IMG/VR virus record: IMGVR_UViG_3300030107_002332
Direction: 5' to 3' (one strand)
Origin: a virus
DNA length: 64,000 nucleotides
Shown piece by piece: positions 45,482 to 53,927 of the stretch. Numbering within the stretch: position 1 is the stretch's first letter; each line of letters begins with the position of its first letter. The position numbers and the translations under genes are program-made. The notes beneath the pieces are model-generated. The model worked only from the letters and a program-made list of their open reading frames with translations. It had not been told where the DNA came from and did no database searches.

Positions 45482-46804
45482 TTAGAATCCAGCGTAAAAG
45501 AATTGTTGTTGTCTTGTTAACCCAGTAAGGTTGTTTGCTCCAATACCAGCACCAAATGTAACATCTTCAAGAGTTACGTTTTCAGTAGACAATAGTGTAG
45601 CATCAGCATCTGGGAACTTAATAGTTCGAGGACCAGTGATCCCTTCAGCAGAAAGAACAACTGATGCAGCGACATTAGTTGAATCTTTCAACGACATGTT
45701 ATACATTGATTTATAGTATAACCCTTGGTCGCCTCTTTCAGTAACTATTACGTTATGGTTACCAGATCTATTTAGGTTATTGGTTGGAGGAACCTGAAAA
45801 CTCTCATTAGATAATGTGTTCTGATTACTTACATCAAATGTAATCTTTTTAGTTACATCAGTTGTATCTGCAAGTTGCAATGCCTTGATACTTTTGTTAC
45901 TCATAATCTGAGTAGTATCTTCCATTACAACAGTACCACTCTGATCAGGCATTGTTATAATCCTGTTAGAGGTTACTGCATCAGTATTCCACTGAACAGA
46001 TGCTGTTGCAGACTCTGCGTTAGCAGCAAGTTTCAAATTAACGAAAGTCTTGCTTAATGCAGTTTGTTCTGCCTTAGTATCAAGTAAAGTAGATGATGTA
46101 GCAGTTGGTTCAGAAGTTGTAGTTACTGATCCAGCATCAGGTAAGAAATAAGAACGACGAGCACCTGAAGTAGTTGCCCAGTTAATCTGGAAAATTGCTT
46201 CTTCAGTCCCGTCAACGATAACAAAGTTATTCTCATTAATAAGAATAGTTTTGTTAGTCAATGTTTGTTGTGTATCAGCACCAACAAGTGTAGTACCGTT
46301 ACCAGAGGTAATAGCAGGTAATGTCATGATTCTGGTATTAGTACCAGTACCAACATTACTTACTTCAAATCTTGCTTTTGGTCCTTGTGCATCTTCCAAT
46401 ATGAAAGATCCATCTTCCATCAAGAATTGTCCCGTTACTTTAACAGCACCCGTACCTTTCGGTGCGAGAACAATATCAGTATTGGTTGCAACGTCATCTT
46501 GTGCAGTAATGTATAATGATGTGCTACTGTTACCGTTATCAATACGAGAACAATAGAAACCACCATCACCAAATGCGATACCCAATTGATCGTATGCTGT
46601 TTGATAGAAACCAGTGTCTCTGTCCAAATCAAAAGCTATACCTGGTGCTGCTTTTGTACCTTGCGATACTCCTCTAAACAACTGATTAACTTTTGCTTTT
46701 CTATTAGGAATCAATGGGTCAGACACCACAACAGGAAGAATCGCTTCTCCCGACAGGTTAGCGTCCGAAATCGTTTCCAGTTGTGAAATCTTCTTAGTTG
46801 CCAC
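45482..46804 (-). CDS. Tail-fibre-like structural protein (440 aa)
   Basis: MATKKISQL N-terminus, APGIAFDLDRDTGFYQ, DIVLAPKGTGAV and QTLTNKTI fibre repeats. Confidence 0.78.
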   Translation of the reverse strand: MATKKISQLETISDANLSGEAILPVVVSDPLIPNRKAKVNQLFRGVSQGTKAAPGIAFDLDRDTGFYQTAYDQLGIAFGDGGFYCSRIDNGNSSTSLYITAQDDVATNTDIVLAPKGTGAVKVTGQFLMEDGSFILEDAQGPKARFEVSNVGTGTNTRIMTLPAITSGNGTTLVGADTQQTLTNKTILINENNFVIVDGTEEAIFQINWATTSGARRSYFLPDAGSVTTTSEPTATSSTLLDTKAEQTALSKTFVNLKLAANAESATASVQWNTDAVTSNRIITMPDQSGTVVMEDTTQIMSNKSIKALQLADTTDVTKKITFDVSNQNTLSNESFQVPPTNNLNRSGNHNVIVTERGDQGLYYKSMYNMSLKDSTNVAASVVLSAEGITGPRTIKFPDADATLLSTENVTLEDVTFGAGIGANNLTGLTRQQQFFYAGF

Positions 46805-46831
46805 GAATCATCATACGTTTTCCTACAGATC

Positions 46832-46839
46832 TATTTATA
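46832..46839 (-). promoter_or_regulatory. T4-type late promoter TATAAATA
   Basis: Exact match overlapping the NifU-like stop codon, upstream of the fibre block. Confidence 0.75.
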
Positions 46840-47074
46840 CTGATACTACCTGTGTTACTTCAGGAAATCTTTCTTTAACTAAACGTTCGATACCCATAGT
46901 CATAGTCTGAGCACTCATAGAACATCCTGCACATGCACCCAACAATCTCACCATTACAATTGGTCCCTCTTTAAGGTAATCTATTGCAACATATTCAAGG
47001 TATCCTCCATCTGCTTCAATGAAAGGACGTATCTCGTTAAGTACGTTGTTAACGTTTAAATCATTTAGTTCCAT
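46835..47074 (-). CDS. NifU/NfuA C-terminal domain Fe-S cluster carrier
   Basis: VLNEIRPFIEADGG.LE...VRLLGACAGCSMSAQTMTMGIERLVKE.FPEV; CxxC intact. Confidence 0.9.
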   Translation of the reverse strand: MELNDLNVNNVLNEIRPFIEADGGYLEYVAIDYLKEGPIVMVRLLGACAGCSMSAQTMTMGIERLVKERFPEVTQVVSV

Positions 47075-47226
47075 AATCTTTTTAATTGTCTTACATCAGT
47101 AACACCAAACTGTGCCTTACATACATTCTCTGCATCTTCTCTAAGATTAGATACAGACAAAAATTCTACCTTCTGTAACCTATTAGAAGGTAATAAAATG
47201 TATGCTTCCCATCTAATAGGTTTCAT
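47065..47226 (-). CDS. Hypothetical protein (53 aa)
   Basis: Hand-translated MKPIRWEAYILLPSNRLQKVEFLSVSNLREDAENVCKAQFGVTDVRQLKRLWN; ATGA overlap with pcyA. Confidence 0.7.
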   Translation of the reverse strand: MKPIRWEAYILLPSNRLQKVEFLSVSNLREDAENVCKAQFGVTDVRQLKRLWN

Positions 47227-47888
47227 GGAGTACAGAATAGTATGTTGTTTATATAATTATTTGCCCAGTCTTTATCAAACCAATTAGAAAGAACTGCTAA
47301 TGTCTTAGGATTCTTTCTCTGTTGTACAGAGTATCTAATTTGGTCTGCCATCCTTTGTGCTGTTGTTAATGGTGATCCTTGTTGTGCAACCTTAACAGCA
47401 TCACAGTATATAATAAGGTATTCCATTAAAACATCAAGGAATTTTCTTTGTTCCTCAACCTGTCTTATACGTTGAAATTTCATATAAGGTGAAAATATAT
47501 CACCCCATTCTGGTAAAGGACGAGGTTCATTAAAATTAAATACATCACAAATAGGTTTTACCCTTTCATAGATGTAATTTGATCCACTAATAGGAGATAT
47601 ATCAACTATTGCAGCAGTAACCATTGACGGTGTAGCAATAATATCACATCCAAATATAGGAAGAACGTACTTAGGATCTGGAAAGTATACACAATGTAAT
47701 ACATCCAGTTTTCCTGCCTTAGCAACTTCTAAATGAATCTTGCGAAGACCAGTACATTTCCTCATCTCATTAGAAATGTAAAGATCCTCCTTAGTTAACT
47801 CAGGGAAGTCATTATCTAAACATTCTATATCAGGTAAGTCATTCCAAGAGGTGCGAATTACCTTTGCCAAATCATCAACAATAGTCAC
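47223..47888 (-). CDS. pcyA: Phycocyanobilin:ferredoxin oxidoreductase
   Basis: LRKIHLEVAK...LDVLHCVYFPDPKYVLPIFGCDII, AAIVDISP, RPLPEWGDIFS, QQRKNPKT are PcyA-type motifs. GTG start at 47888 preferred over the track TTG at 47936. Confidence 0.85.
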   Translation of the reverse strand: MTIVDDLAKVIRTSWNDLPDIECLDNDFPELTKEDLYISNEMRKCTGLRKIHLEVAKAGKLDVLHCVYFPDPKYVLPIFGCDIIATPSMVTAAIVDISPISGSNYIYERVKPICDVFNFNEPRPLPEWGDIFSPYMKFQRIRQVEEQRKFLDVLMEYLIIYCDAVKVAQQGSPLTTAQRMADQIRYSVQQRKNPKTLAVLSNWFDKDWANNYINNILFCTP

Positions 47889-48037
47889 TATAGTATTATT
47901 GCTCCAATAACGAATCCTTTTGCAAATGCAAGACAAAGCATTTGATAGTCTGTGAGTGAAAATTTATCTTGGATTTTTTTTGCGACTTTTTTGTCCCACT
48001 CTTTAACATTATATACTGCTTGTTTAATTTTTTTCAT
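47888..48037 (-). CDS. Small membrane protein (49 aa)
   Basis: Hand-translated MKKIKQAVYNVKEWDKKVAKKIQDKFSLTDYQMLCLAFAKGFVIGAIIL. Confidence 0.7.
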   Translation of the reverse strand: MKKIKQAVYNVKEWDKKVAKKIQDKFSLTDYQMLCLAFAKGFVIGAIIL

Positions 48038-48225
48038 TTTGTCTCCTTATGTTTTATATCATATTCGATAATAATTTTTTTAGAAGACCTACCAATACTA
48101 TTGAGTGTATTGGTTCTTTCGCAGGTACCACCAAGTAGGGATGCAATTTGCAAACACTCGGATACTAATTCACCCTCATCCATGAGAGTGAATCTATCTT
48201 CTTCACTGGTCACCTTTCGCCTCAC
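48034..48225 (-). CDS. Hypothetical protein (49-63 aa)
   Basis: ORF track; likely start is MDEGEL at 48183. Confidence 0.6.
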   Translation of the reverse strand: MRRKVTSEEDRFTLMDEGELVSECLQIASLLGGTCERTNTLNSIGRSSKKIIIEYDIKHKETK

Positions 48226-48337
48226 GCATACTCTGATGTAATCTATCTAGTGCTTTTCGCACTTCATCAGTCTCTTCCCATTCCCAAGTTTCTTCACGCC
48301 CCTTCTTGTCTATCTTCTTGAATTGTTTCTTCGTCAT
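48203..48337 (-). CDS. Hypothetical protein (44 aa)
   Basis: Hand-translated MTKKQFKKIDKKGREETWEWEETDEVRKALDRLHQSMREAKGDQ. Confidence 0.6.
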   Translation of the reverse strand: MTKKQFKKIDKKGREETWEWEETDEVRKALDRLHQSMREAKGDQ

Positions 48338-48464
48338 GGAGTTTCTTCTCCTGCTTGATACGTCTCTTAATCATCTTAGCATACTTAACATCATCTGTCG
48401 AGTACCATTCTGGATGTTCTTTAGCCCTCTTGATAATTAACTTCGCTGCCTTCTTGTCCTTCAT
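48294..48464 (-). CDS. Hypothetical basic protein (56 aa)
   Basis: Hand-translated MKDKKAAKLIIKRAKEHPEWYSTDDVKYAKMIKRRIK... Confidence 0.65.
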   Translation of the reverse strand: MKDKKAAKLIIKRAKEHPEWYSTDDVKYAKMIKRRIKQEKKLHDEETIQEDRQEGA

Positions 48465-48687
48465 TAAGGTTTTGTACCTTTTCTTTACTTCTGAAGTAAG
48501 TATTTATAACATCAATTTGATCCTGATACTTAGCGATCATATTAATCTCTTCTTCAATTGCTTCAACTATATTAGAATGTTCACCAATACCTACAGGGTT
48601 AGCAAGATAAACTTCTACATTTGCTCTATGCTTTGCAATGTCACCTTGAGCATGTGCTAATAATGCATTAATTAATTGTTTTCTCAT
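48421..48687 (-). CDS. Hypothetical protein (88 aa)
   Basis: ORF track; ALLAHAQGDIAKHRANVEVYL.NP.GIGEH; coupled to the petF stop. Confidence 0.75.
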   Translation of the reverse strand: MRKQLINALLAHAQGDIAKHRANVEVYLANPVGIGEHSNIVEAIEEEINMIAKYQDQIDVINTYFRSKEKVQNLNEGQEGSEVNYQEG

Positions 48688-48977
48688 TAGTATAAATTCT
48701 CCTCTTGTTCAGTTAATAATGTAACATCTGAAGTAGGTTGTGCTACACATGTTAACACATATCCTTCTTCTAATTGATCGTCATCCAAAAAGGATTGCTC
48801 TTCTTGATCTACTGTTCCTTCTACAATCTTCATAGCACATGATGAACATGCACCAGCACGACAAGATGAAGGATGATCTAAACCTGCTTCTTCTAATGCT
48901 TCTAAAATAAAAGTATCTTCATCACATTCAAATGTTTCCTTAGATCCGTCAGGGGATTGAAGAGTAATCGTTGCCAT
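48687..48977 (-). CDS. petF: Plant-type [2Fe-2S] ferredoxin
   Basis: [12 protein letters not shown]...[12 protein letters not shown]...VLTCVAQP. Confidence 0.97.
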   Translation of the reverse strand: MATITLQSPDGSKETFECDEDTFILEALEEAGLDHPSSCRAGACSSCAMKIVEGTVDQEEQSFLDDDQLEEGYVLTCVAQPTSDVTLLTEQEENLY

Positions 48978-49052
48978 AGTAGTAAATTCCCAACCGTATT
49001 ATATATCACACTTATTGCGAATAAATGATACACTATTGAGAATGGATCTCAT

Positions 49053-49262
49053 CTACTCTTGCAACAAACTTCCAGTTCGAGTTCTTGCTGCAACAAACAT
49101 ATTCTCTATCTCAAGAACATAGTTGCTATTAATAAGGACACGCTTTGTTTCCGTTACTTCTTCCGAATAAAATTTCGGAGGTTGAGGGTCATGTAAGTTA
49201 TCTCCAGACATCTTTGTATTGTTTTGAATTCTACATAGTATTTTATATGGAAATCCTAACAA
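49053..49262 (-). CDS. Hypothetical protein (up to 69 aa)
   Basis: ORF track; start may be MSGDNL at 49210. Confidence 0.55.
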   Translation of the reverse strand: MLGFPYKILCRIQNNTKMSGDNLHDPQPPKFYSEEVTETKRVLINSNYVLEIENMFVAARTRTGSLLQE

Positions 49263-49291
49263 ATGACGTTTATTTTATAATATCTTTCGTT

Positions 49292-49423
49292 TTATGCAAC
49301 GTTGCGTAATTTCTTTAAAAATCTCTTATTACGCTTCTTAATTTGACGCAAACGAGCAGACGCAAGACGAGATTTAATATTTCGTCCCTGCTTCCTAGGA
49401 GTTTCATGGCGTTTAAGACGCAT
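49292..49423 (-). CDS. Small Arg/Lys-rich protein (43 aa)
   Basis: Hand-translated MRLKRHETPRKQGRNIKSRLASARLRQIKKRNKRFLKKLRNVA. Confidence 0.6.
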   Translation of the reverse strand: MRLKRHETPRKQGRNIKSRLASARLRQIKKRNKRFLKKLRNVA

Positions 49424-49458
49424 CGGTCTGCCTGTTTACTATGGTGAGTATAGGATAT

Positions 49459-49704
49459 TTATGCTACTTTGTCAACTTTTGCTTCTTCTGGAGTAGACTC
49501 CATAAATTCTTTCTTAAACTCTTCCACCTGTGAAATTACCTCTTGATCTATTGGAGGTCCATGTTGTAAAAGAGGTGATAATAGTACTGTACATCCATCT
49601 GGACGCTTAATTCTCCATACAGTACGATTCCTTTCACACATGGTAATGAGAAAGGGTAAGTTACTTTGTGCTTCTTCTTCGGTTATATCTTGTATATCGG
49701 TCAT
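49459..49704 (-). CDS. Hypothetical protein, possibly Phd/YefM-like fold (81 aa)
   Basis: ITEEEAQSNLPFLITMCERNRTVWRIKRPDGCTVLLSP pattern resembles Phd N-termini. Confidence 0.55.
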   Translation of the reverse strand: MTDIQDITEEEAQSNLPFLITMCERNRTVWRIKRPDGCTVLLSPLLQHGPPIDQEVISQVEEFKKEFMESTPEEAKVDKVA

Positions 49705-49943
49705 TGGATAACTGCCTCCTCGACAATATAGGTAACCTCCACACCGTAAGGAAGTACCTGCTTGATTAAATCTACTGTCTCAGCAAATCCCTGAGATCCT
49801 TCATCATCCCATTTCCATTTAATTATCTTATTGTCACCTTCATCCGAGATCAGAGTAATCTGTCTCTTAGAGAAATTAACAATGACTTCTTCAAGAGCTT
49901 CGTCATCCATAGGAACCTCGTTTATATACTCATCATACCACAA
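49701..49943 (-). CDS. Hypothetical protein (80 aa)
   Basis: ORF track. Confidence 0.65.
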   Translation of the reverse strand: MWYDEYINEVPMDDEALEEVIVNFSKRQITLISDEGDNKIIKWKWDDEGSQGFAETVDLIKQVLPYGVEVTYIVEEAVIQ

Positions 49944-49961
49944 GTCGATCAGGATGTCAAC

Positions 49962-52523
49962 CTAATTCAAGAAGATAGTTGCAGCAGTCAGTTTCATAAC
50001 TGCCCCTGCAGTTAGATTCATAGCAGCACCCGCTTTTATAGACGCTGCTGCAGATGCTTGCATGTAAATTAATCCAGCAGCAACATTAACGTTATATGCA
50101 CCTGTAAGTACATTCATATTATATCCAGTAACACCACATGTAGCAGAAATTGGTCCAGAAGGATTCCTTATAACATGCCTTGGAATAGCATCAGTTGCAG
50201 ATCCAGCAGGAAGCATTGTTGTAACATCAGATCCTCCAATAAATCTTCTAATACCAGATACAGCAGCAGGTCCCATTGGAGGGAAGTTAATCATCTCATA
50301 AAGACTAGTTGCAAACAATTCAATAGAGTTGTCACCAGCAATCAATATTTCTCCACCAGCATATTTCTGTACTGTTGAGGAACATTCCATTGAACTACCA
50401 GTGATCTTAGTAGACTGTGAACCAATATCAAGTTCTGCTCCTTGGAAGGTTATCTTAGCACCTGCGGAAGCAATATCTACATCAGAACCAAAGTTGATTG
50501 TATGCTTTTGAATCTTAGTATTCTTCTTATCACCTTTTCTATCAACTGACTTAGGTGCACCCTGAGCATTCATAAAGAAACCACCACCAACATCCAAATG
50601 ACAATCACCAGTAACTTTAAGGAAATAGTCACCATGAACTGTTTCTACCTTATCCTTCTCAATGTTTATACAATCATCACCTTTAACATCCTGTGTACGA
50701 TTACCTGCCCAAGTAATATGGTCAGCAACTAAGTTACCTCTATCACCTGAATTAGTCTTACCATTAGTTTTAGTATATGCTTCTTTAGTTTTCTTAATTA
50801 ATGAATTTCTTACAGCAGTAGTCAGTCTTTCACCTATCTTCTCCTCTTCCTCTCTAATCTTTTTCTTTGCTGCTGCTTCTGCTCTCTTACTGTTATTACT
50901 ATTAACAGAGAAGTGAGTTGAACCACTAGCTAGTCTCTTCTGAGTAATCTGACCACCTGGATTACCTATGTGTAAATCATAAGCACCATCTAAGAAAGTT
51001 TTTGCAGCAGTTAGATAAGGATCTGCCTCTTTTATAAGAGTATCAAAAAGACTACCACTCTCTTTAGCTTTACCACCACTACATGATGGTCTACCACCAC
51101 CTTTTATATTATCAATATTTGCTAATTCTTCTGGTGTACAATGTGTTACACCTAATAATGGATACCAACCAACAGTATCATTACCACCATCAGGTTTTCT
51201 TCCACAATCACTTGCAAGGAATCCAATAATCATTGAAATGATTCCTGTTATACTTGCTTTACCATTCTTAATAAGGTCAAACCCTTCAGCAAATATTTCA
51301 GAACCTTTTTGCCATGTATCAATAATCTCCTTTGCTTTACCTACACTATCAACAATACCCTTAACCTTATTAACAACACTAAGAATGCTATCGATCATTG
51401 ACTGAACGTTACATACAATACTATCAATAGTATCTTGAACGCTTTGTACAACAAATGCTACCTTATCAATTACACCCTGAAGCATAGAATTCAACTTCTC
51501 TTGAATCATTGCCATAGGATCTGCTATCCAAGACAAGATATTAGAGTCAAGCATACACAAAGCTTTTAGTATCATTTGTACTGCTGTCTTAATGATACCG
51601 AATATCACCATCGGTGCACCAGTCTTCGACCCAAGAATACTCACAAGTTTTAGTTGATCTGCCAGATTAGCTAATGCCTGACGCATTGCAGATACAACTT
51701 GAGCAAATATAGCACCCAAGAAATTCTGAATCTTAACTGTAAGTTCCTTTGCTTGTACTAATTTACCACTAACAACATCAATAAAATCACCATCCTCACC
51801 CTTAATTAAAGTACCAGCACTATCAGCAAGATCTTCTACAAGATAATTTAACTGATACTCCATCGTCTTCCAAGGTCCACCTACACCATTAGCAGCAGGT
51901 CTTGGTTGTGATGATAATTTTGGTGCTATGTTACCCAGACCTTTATTGGATATATTGTTAGGACTCGCAGGACCATTAGGTTCCGCTTCATTAAAATCAA
52001 TATTGACACTACTATTACTATCACCCTTATGATAACCTTCTGCTTCAGTTTCTGCTAAGGACTCGTTTGGATATAATGGATGTGTTGCAGCAGGAGTAGG
52101 TGCAATTCCTGGTTCCATCCTCTTACCAGTAAAGGCAAATTTCTTATCTGTCTTAGTCTTATCAGACTTCTGAACTCTTAATACACCAATGACAATAGGC
52201 ATTTGAGCACTATCACCATCCATAAAAAATCCCATGACAATAGCACCTGGTTGTAATTGACCAGATGATTCACCTTGCTTATCATTACCCGCTTGTGCGG
52301 TATGTTGCATTACAGTAGCCCAAGGAAGATACTTAGTAGGAAGATCTGCTGTAGTACCACCTCGTACGTTGGTATAATATCCCAACACACGACACTTAAC
52401 CCTACCTAACTTCATAGGATCTTCGTGGTCTTCTACTTCACCAACCCACCAGTAAAATCCGTCCTTTCCAACGAAATTAATCGACGGTTCTGAGGTTATG
52501 CCATCAATGGTGTCAATTGCCAT
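49962..52523 (-). CDS. gp5: Baseplate hub / central spike protein gp5
   Basis: N-terminal OB fold WWVGEVEDHEDPMKLGRVKCRV...LPWA...GAIVMGFFMDG; C-terminal beta-helix repeats. Confidence 0.9.
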   Translation of the reverse strand: MAIDTIDGITSEPSINFVGKDGFYWWVGEVEDHEDPMKLGRVKCRVLGYYTNVRGGTTADLPTKYLPWATVMQHTAQAGNDKQGESSGQLQPGAIVMGFFMDGDSAQMPIVIGVLRVQKSDKTKTDKKFAFTGKRMEPGIAPTPAATHPLYPNESLAETEAEGYHKGDSNSSVNIDFNEAEPNGPASPNNISNKGLGNIAPKLSSQPRPAANGVGGPWKTMEYQLNYLVEDLADSAGTLIKGEDGDFIDVVSGKLVQAKELTVKIQNFLGAIFAQVVSAMRQALANLADQLKLVSILGSKTGAPMVIFGIIKTAVQMILKALCMLDSNILSWIADPMAMIQEKLNSMLQGVIDKVAFVVQSVQDTIDSIVCNVQSMIDSILSVVNKVKGIVDSVGKAKEIIDTWQKGSEIFAEGFDLIKNGKASITGIISMIIGFLASDCGRKPDGGNDTVGWYPLLGVTHCTPEELANIDNIKGGGRPSCSGGKAKESGSLFDTLIKEADPYLTAAKTFLDGAYDLHIGNPGGQITQKRLASGSTHFSVNSNNSKRAEAAAKKKIREEEEKIGERLTTAVRNSLIKKTKEAYTKTNGKTNSGDRGNLVADHITWAGNRTQDVKGDDCINIEKDKVETVHGDYFLKVTGDCHLDVGGGFFMNAQGAPKSVDRKGDKKNTKIQKHTINFGSDVDIASAGAKITFQGAELDIGSQSTKITGSSMECSSTVQKYAGGEILIAGDNSIELFATSLYEMINFPPMGPAAVSGIRRFIGGSDVTTMLPAGSATDAIPRHVIRNPSGPISATCGVTGYNMNVLTGAYNVNVAAGLIYMQASAAASIKAGAAMNLTAGAVMKLTAATIFLN

Positions 52524-52548
52524 ATTATTATTGTACCTTATGTTTTAT

Positions 52549-53019
52549 TTATGTGACACGAACAAACTTGTATGTTCCATCATCACCCCAAAGGACATTG
52601 CCCTCAGAATCTGTTGACTTATCCTTAGTGAATAGTTTATTACCATAAAGATGTAATTCAGCATGAACATTAGTTTCTTCTCCATCCTGATCTATTTTAC
52701 TATCAAATGATCCAGTCCACTTAGTACCATCCCACCCCAGTCTCATATCACAATTATCAAGTCTTTTCCAATTAGTATATGTTCCACCGTGATGTTCAAG
52801 AACTACTTCTACGTCAGATACTATTACTAGTTTCTTCTGTACCTCAAGATAAGGATCAGGTTCATCTCTATAATGATACGCAGCATGATATAATCCCAAT
52901 CCTCTACCAGGTTTCCTTGTCCAATGTAAAGTTACCTGTCTAAACCCAGTAGGATTTGACTGTGCCTGAGATTTATTACTCCAAGTGCCCAGAAGAAATG
53001 CTTGAAAATATTCACTCAT
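52549..53019 (-). CDS. cpeT: CpcT/CpeT-like phycobilin lyase
   Basis: LLGTWSNKSQAQSNPT.F..V.L.W...HYR....PY, CDM, LFTKDKS.D..G..LWG. Confidence 0.75.
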   Translation of the reverse strand: MSEYFQAFLLGTWSNKSQAQSNPTGFRQVTLHWTRKPGRGLGLYHAAYHYRDEPDPYLEVQKKLVIVSDVEVVLEHHGGTYTNWKRLDNCDMRLGWDGTKWTGSFDSKIDQDGEETNVHAELHLYGNKLFTKDKSTDSEGNVLWGDDGTYKFVRVT

Positions 53020-53672
53020 ACCATTTTACTCACTCTCTGATCAAAATCATACATTATGTTGATTGACATTATATATCTATCTTCATCAGAATGATTGGTC
53101 TCTGTCTTATGCTTTAACCAACCAGGAAATAATAACACATCATTAGTCTCTACATCAACAGTATGCCACTTTAATCCAAGACTATCATAGTTACCATGCA
53201 TAGGTTCAGCACACTTGTATATCTGCATTGGATTTTCTATCAATAAATTTCCACCTTTAGGTGGTACATTTAGATAGCATGATACAGCAACAATAGCTCT
53301 ATTGTGCATGTGTTCTGCAGTCCATCCTCCTTTGGGATGTACATTAACCCATGACTCTGAAATATAATTCTTTACTCTTGGTTCAAGTCTCCAAGTTTCC
53401 CATATCTCTCCAATACGAGACGGCAACCACCCCTGCACAAAATCTCGGAACTCTGTCCAAGTGTGAGGAGGATGGTATTGAGTACCCATAAGAACAACAC
53501 TAGTCTCCGCACCATCTCTCATAAGAGGTTGCGGGACATTATATTGTGTTGTAATATCCTTTGCTATCTTAAGATTATCGACTATCTTCTGCTTATTCTT
53601 TTGAAATTCAAAATCATACTTCCCTTTAAAGATATAGGGAGCAGGATTAACATAATCTAACATAAACTTCAA
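53016..53672 (-). CDS. 2OG-Fe(II) oxygenase (TIGR02466-like)
   Basis: SWVNVHPKGGWTAEHMH, SCYLNVP, DVLLFPGWLKHKT...RYIMSIN. Confidence 0.85.
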   Translation of the reverse strand: MKFMLDYVNPAPYIFKGKYDFEFQKNKQKIVDNLKIAKDITTQYNVPQPLMRDGAETSVVLMGTQYHPPHTWTEFRDFVQGWLPSRIGEIWETWRLEPRVKNYISESWVNVHPKGGWTAEHMHNRAIVAVSCYLNVPPKGGNLLIENPMQIYKCAEPMHGNYDSLGLKWHTVDVETNDVLLFPGWLKHKTETNHSDEDRYIMSINIMYDFDQRVSKMV

Positions 53673-53908
53673 TCATCATAAACTAAACATTCTGGTTCGT
53701 CTGGATTCTGGTCGCAGAATAGTTCTAAGCAGTTAGGATCATGATGATCTCCTGCTACGATCTCGTCATGATGATGCTCTTCATACTCAATAAGATCATG
53801 TAATTCTTCTTTTATATGCCTACGTGCTGCAGGATTGAGTTGAGGATCATCAAGGAGCTCTTTATCGTGCTCAATATGTTGTTCGATTGTTGTCATAGTT
53901 TTCTCCAA
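53669..53908 (-). CDS. cp12: CP12 Calvin-cycle inhibitor (C-terminal Cys pair type)
   Basis: Ends DPNCLELFCDQNPDEPECLVYDD. Confidence 0.9.
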   Translation of the reverse strand: MEKTMTTIEQHIEHDKELLDDPQLNPAARRHIKEELHDLIEYEEHHHDEIVAGDHHDPNCLELFCDQNPDEPECLVYDD

Positions 53909-53927
53909 CTATACCATAATATTTAGG

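Noticed and set aside
47223-47936. pebS or pebA/pebB instead of pcyA
   Set aside because: RKIHLE, LHCVYFP and FGCDII match PcyA-type catalytic motifs; final assignment needs a phylogeny.
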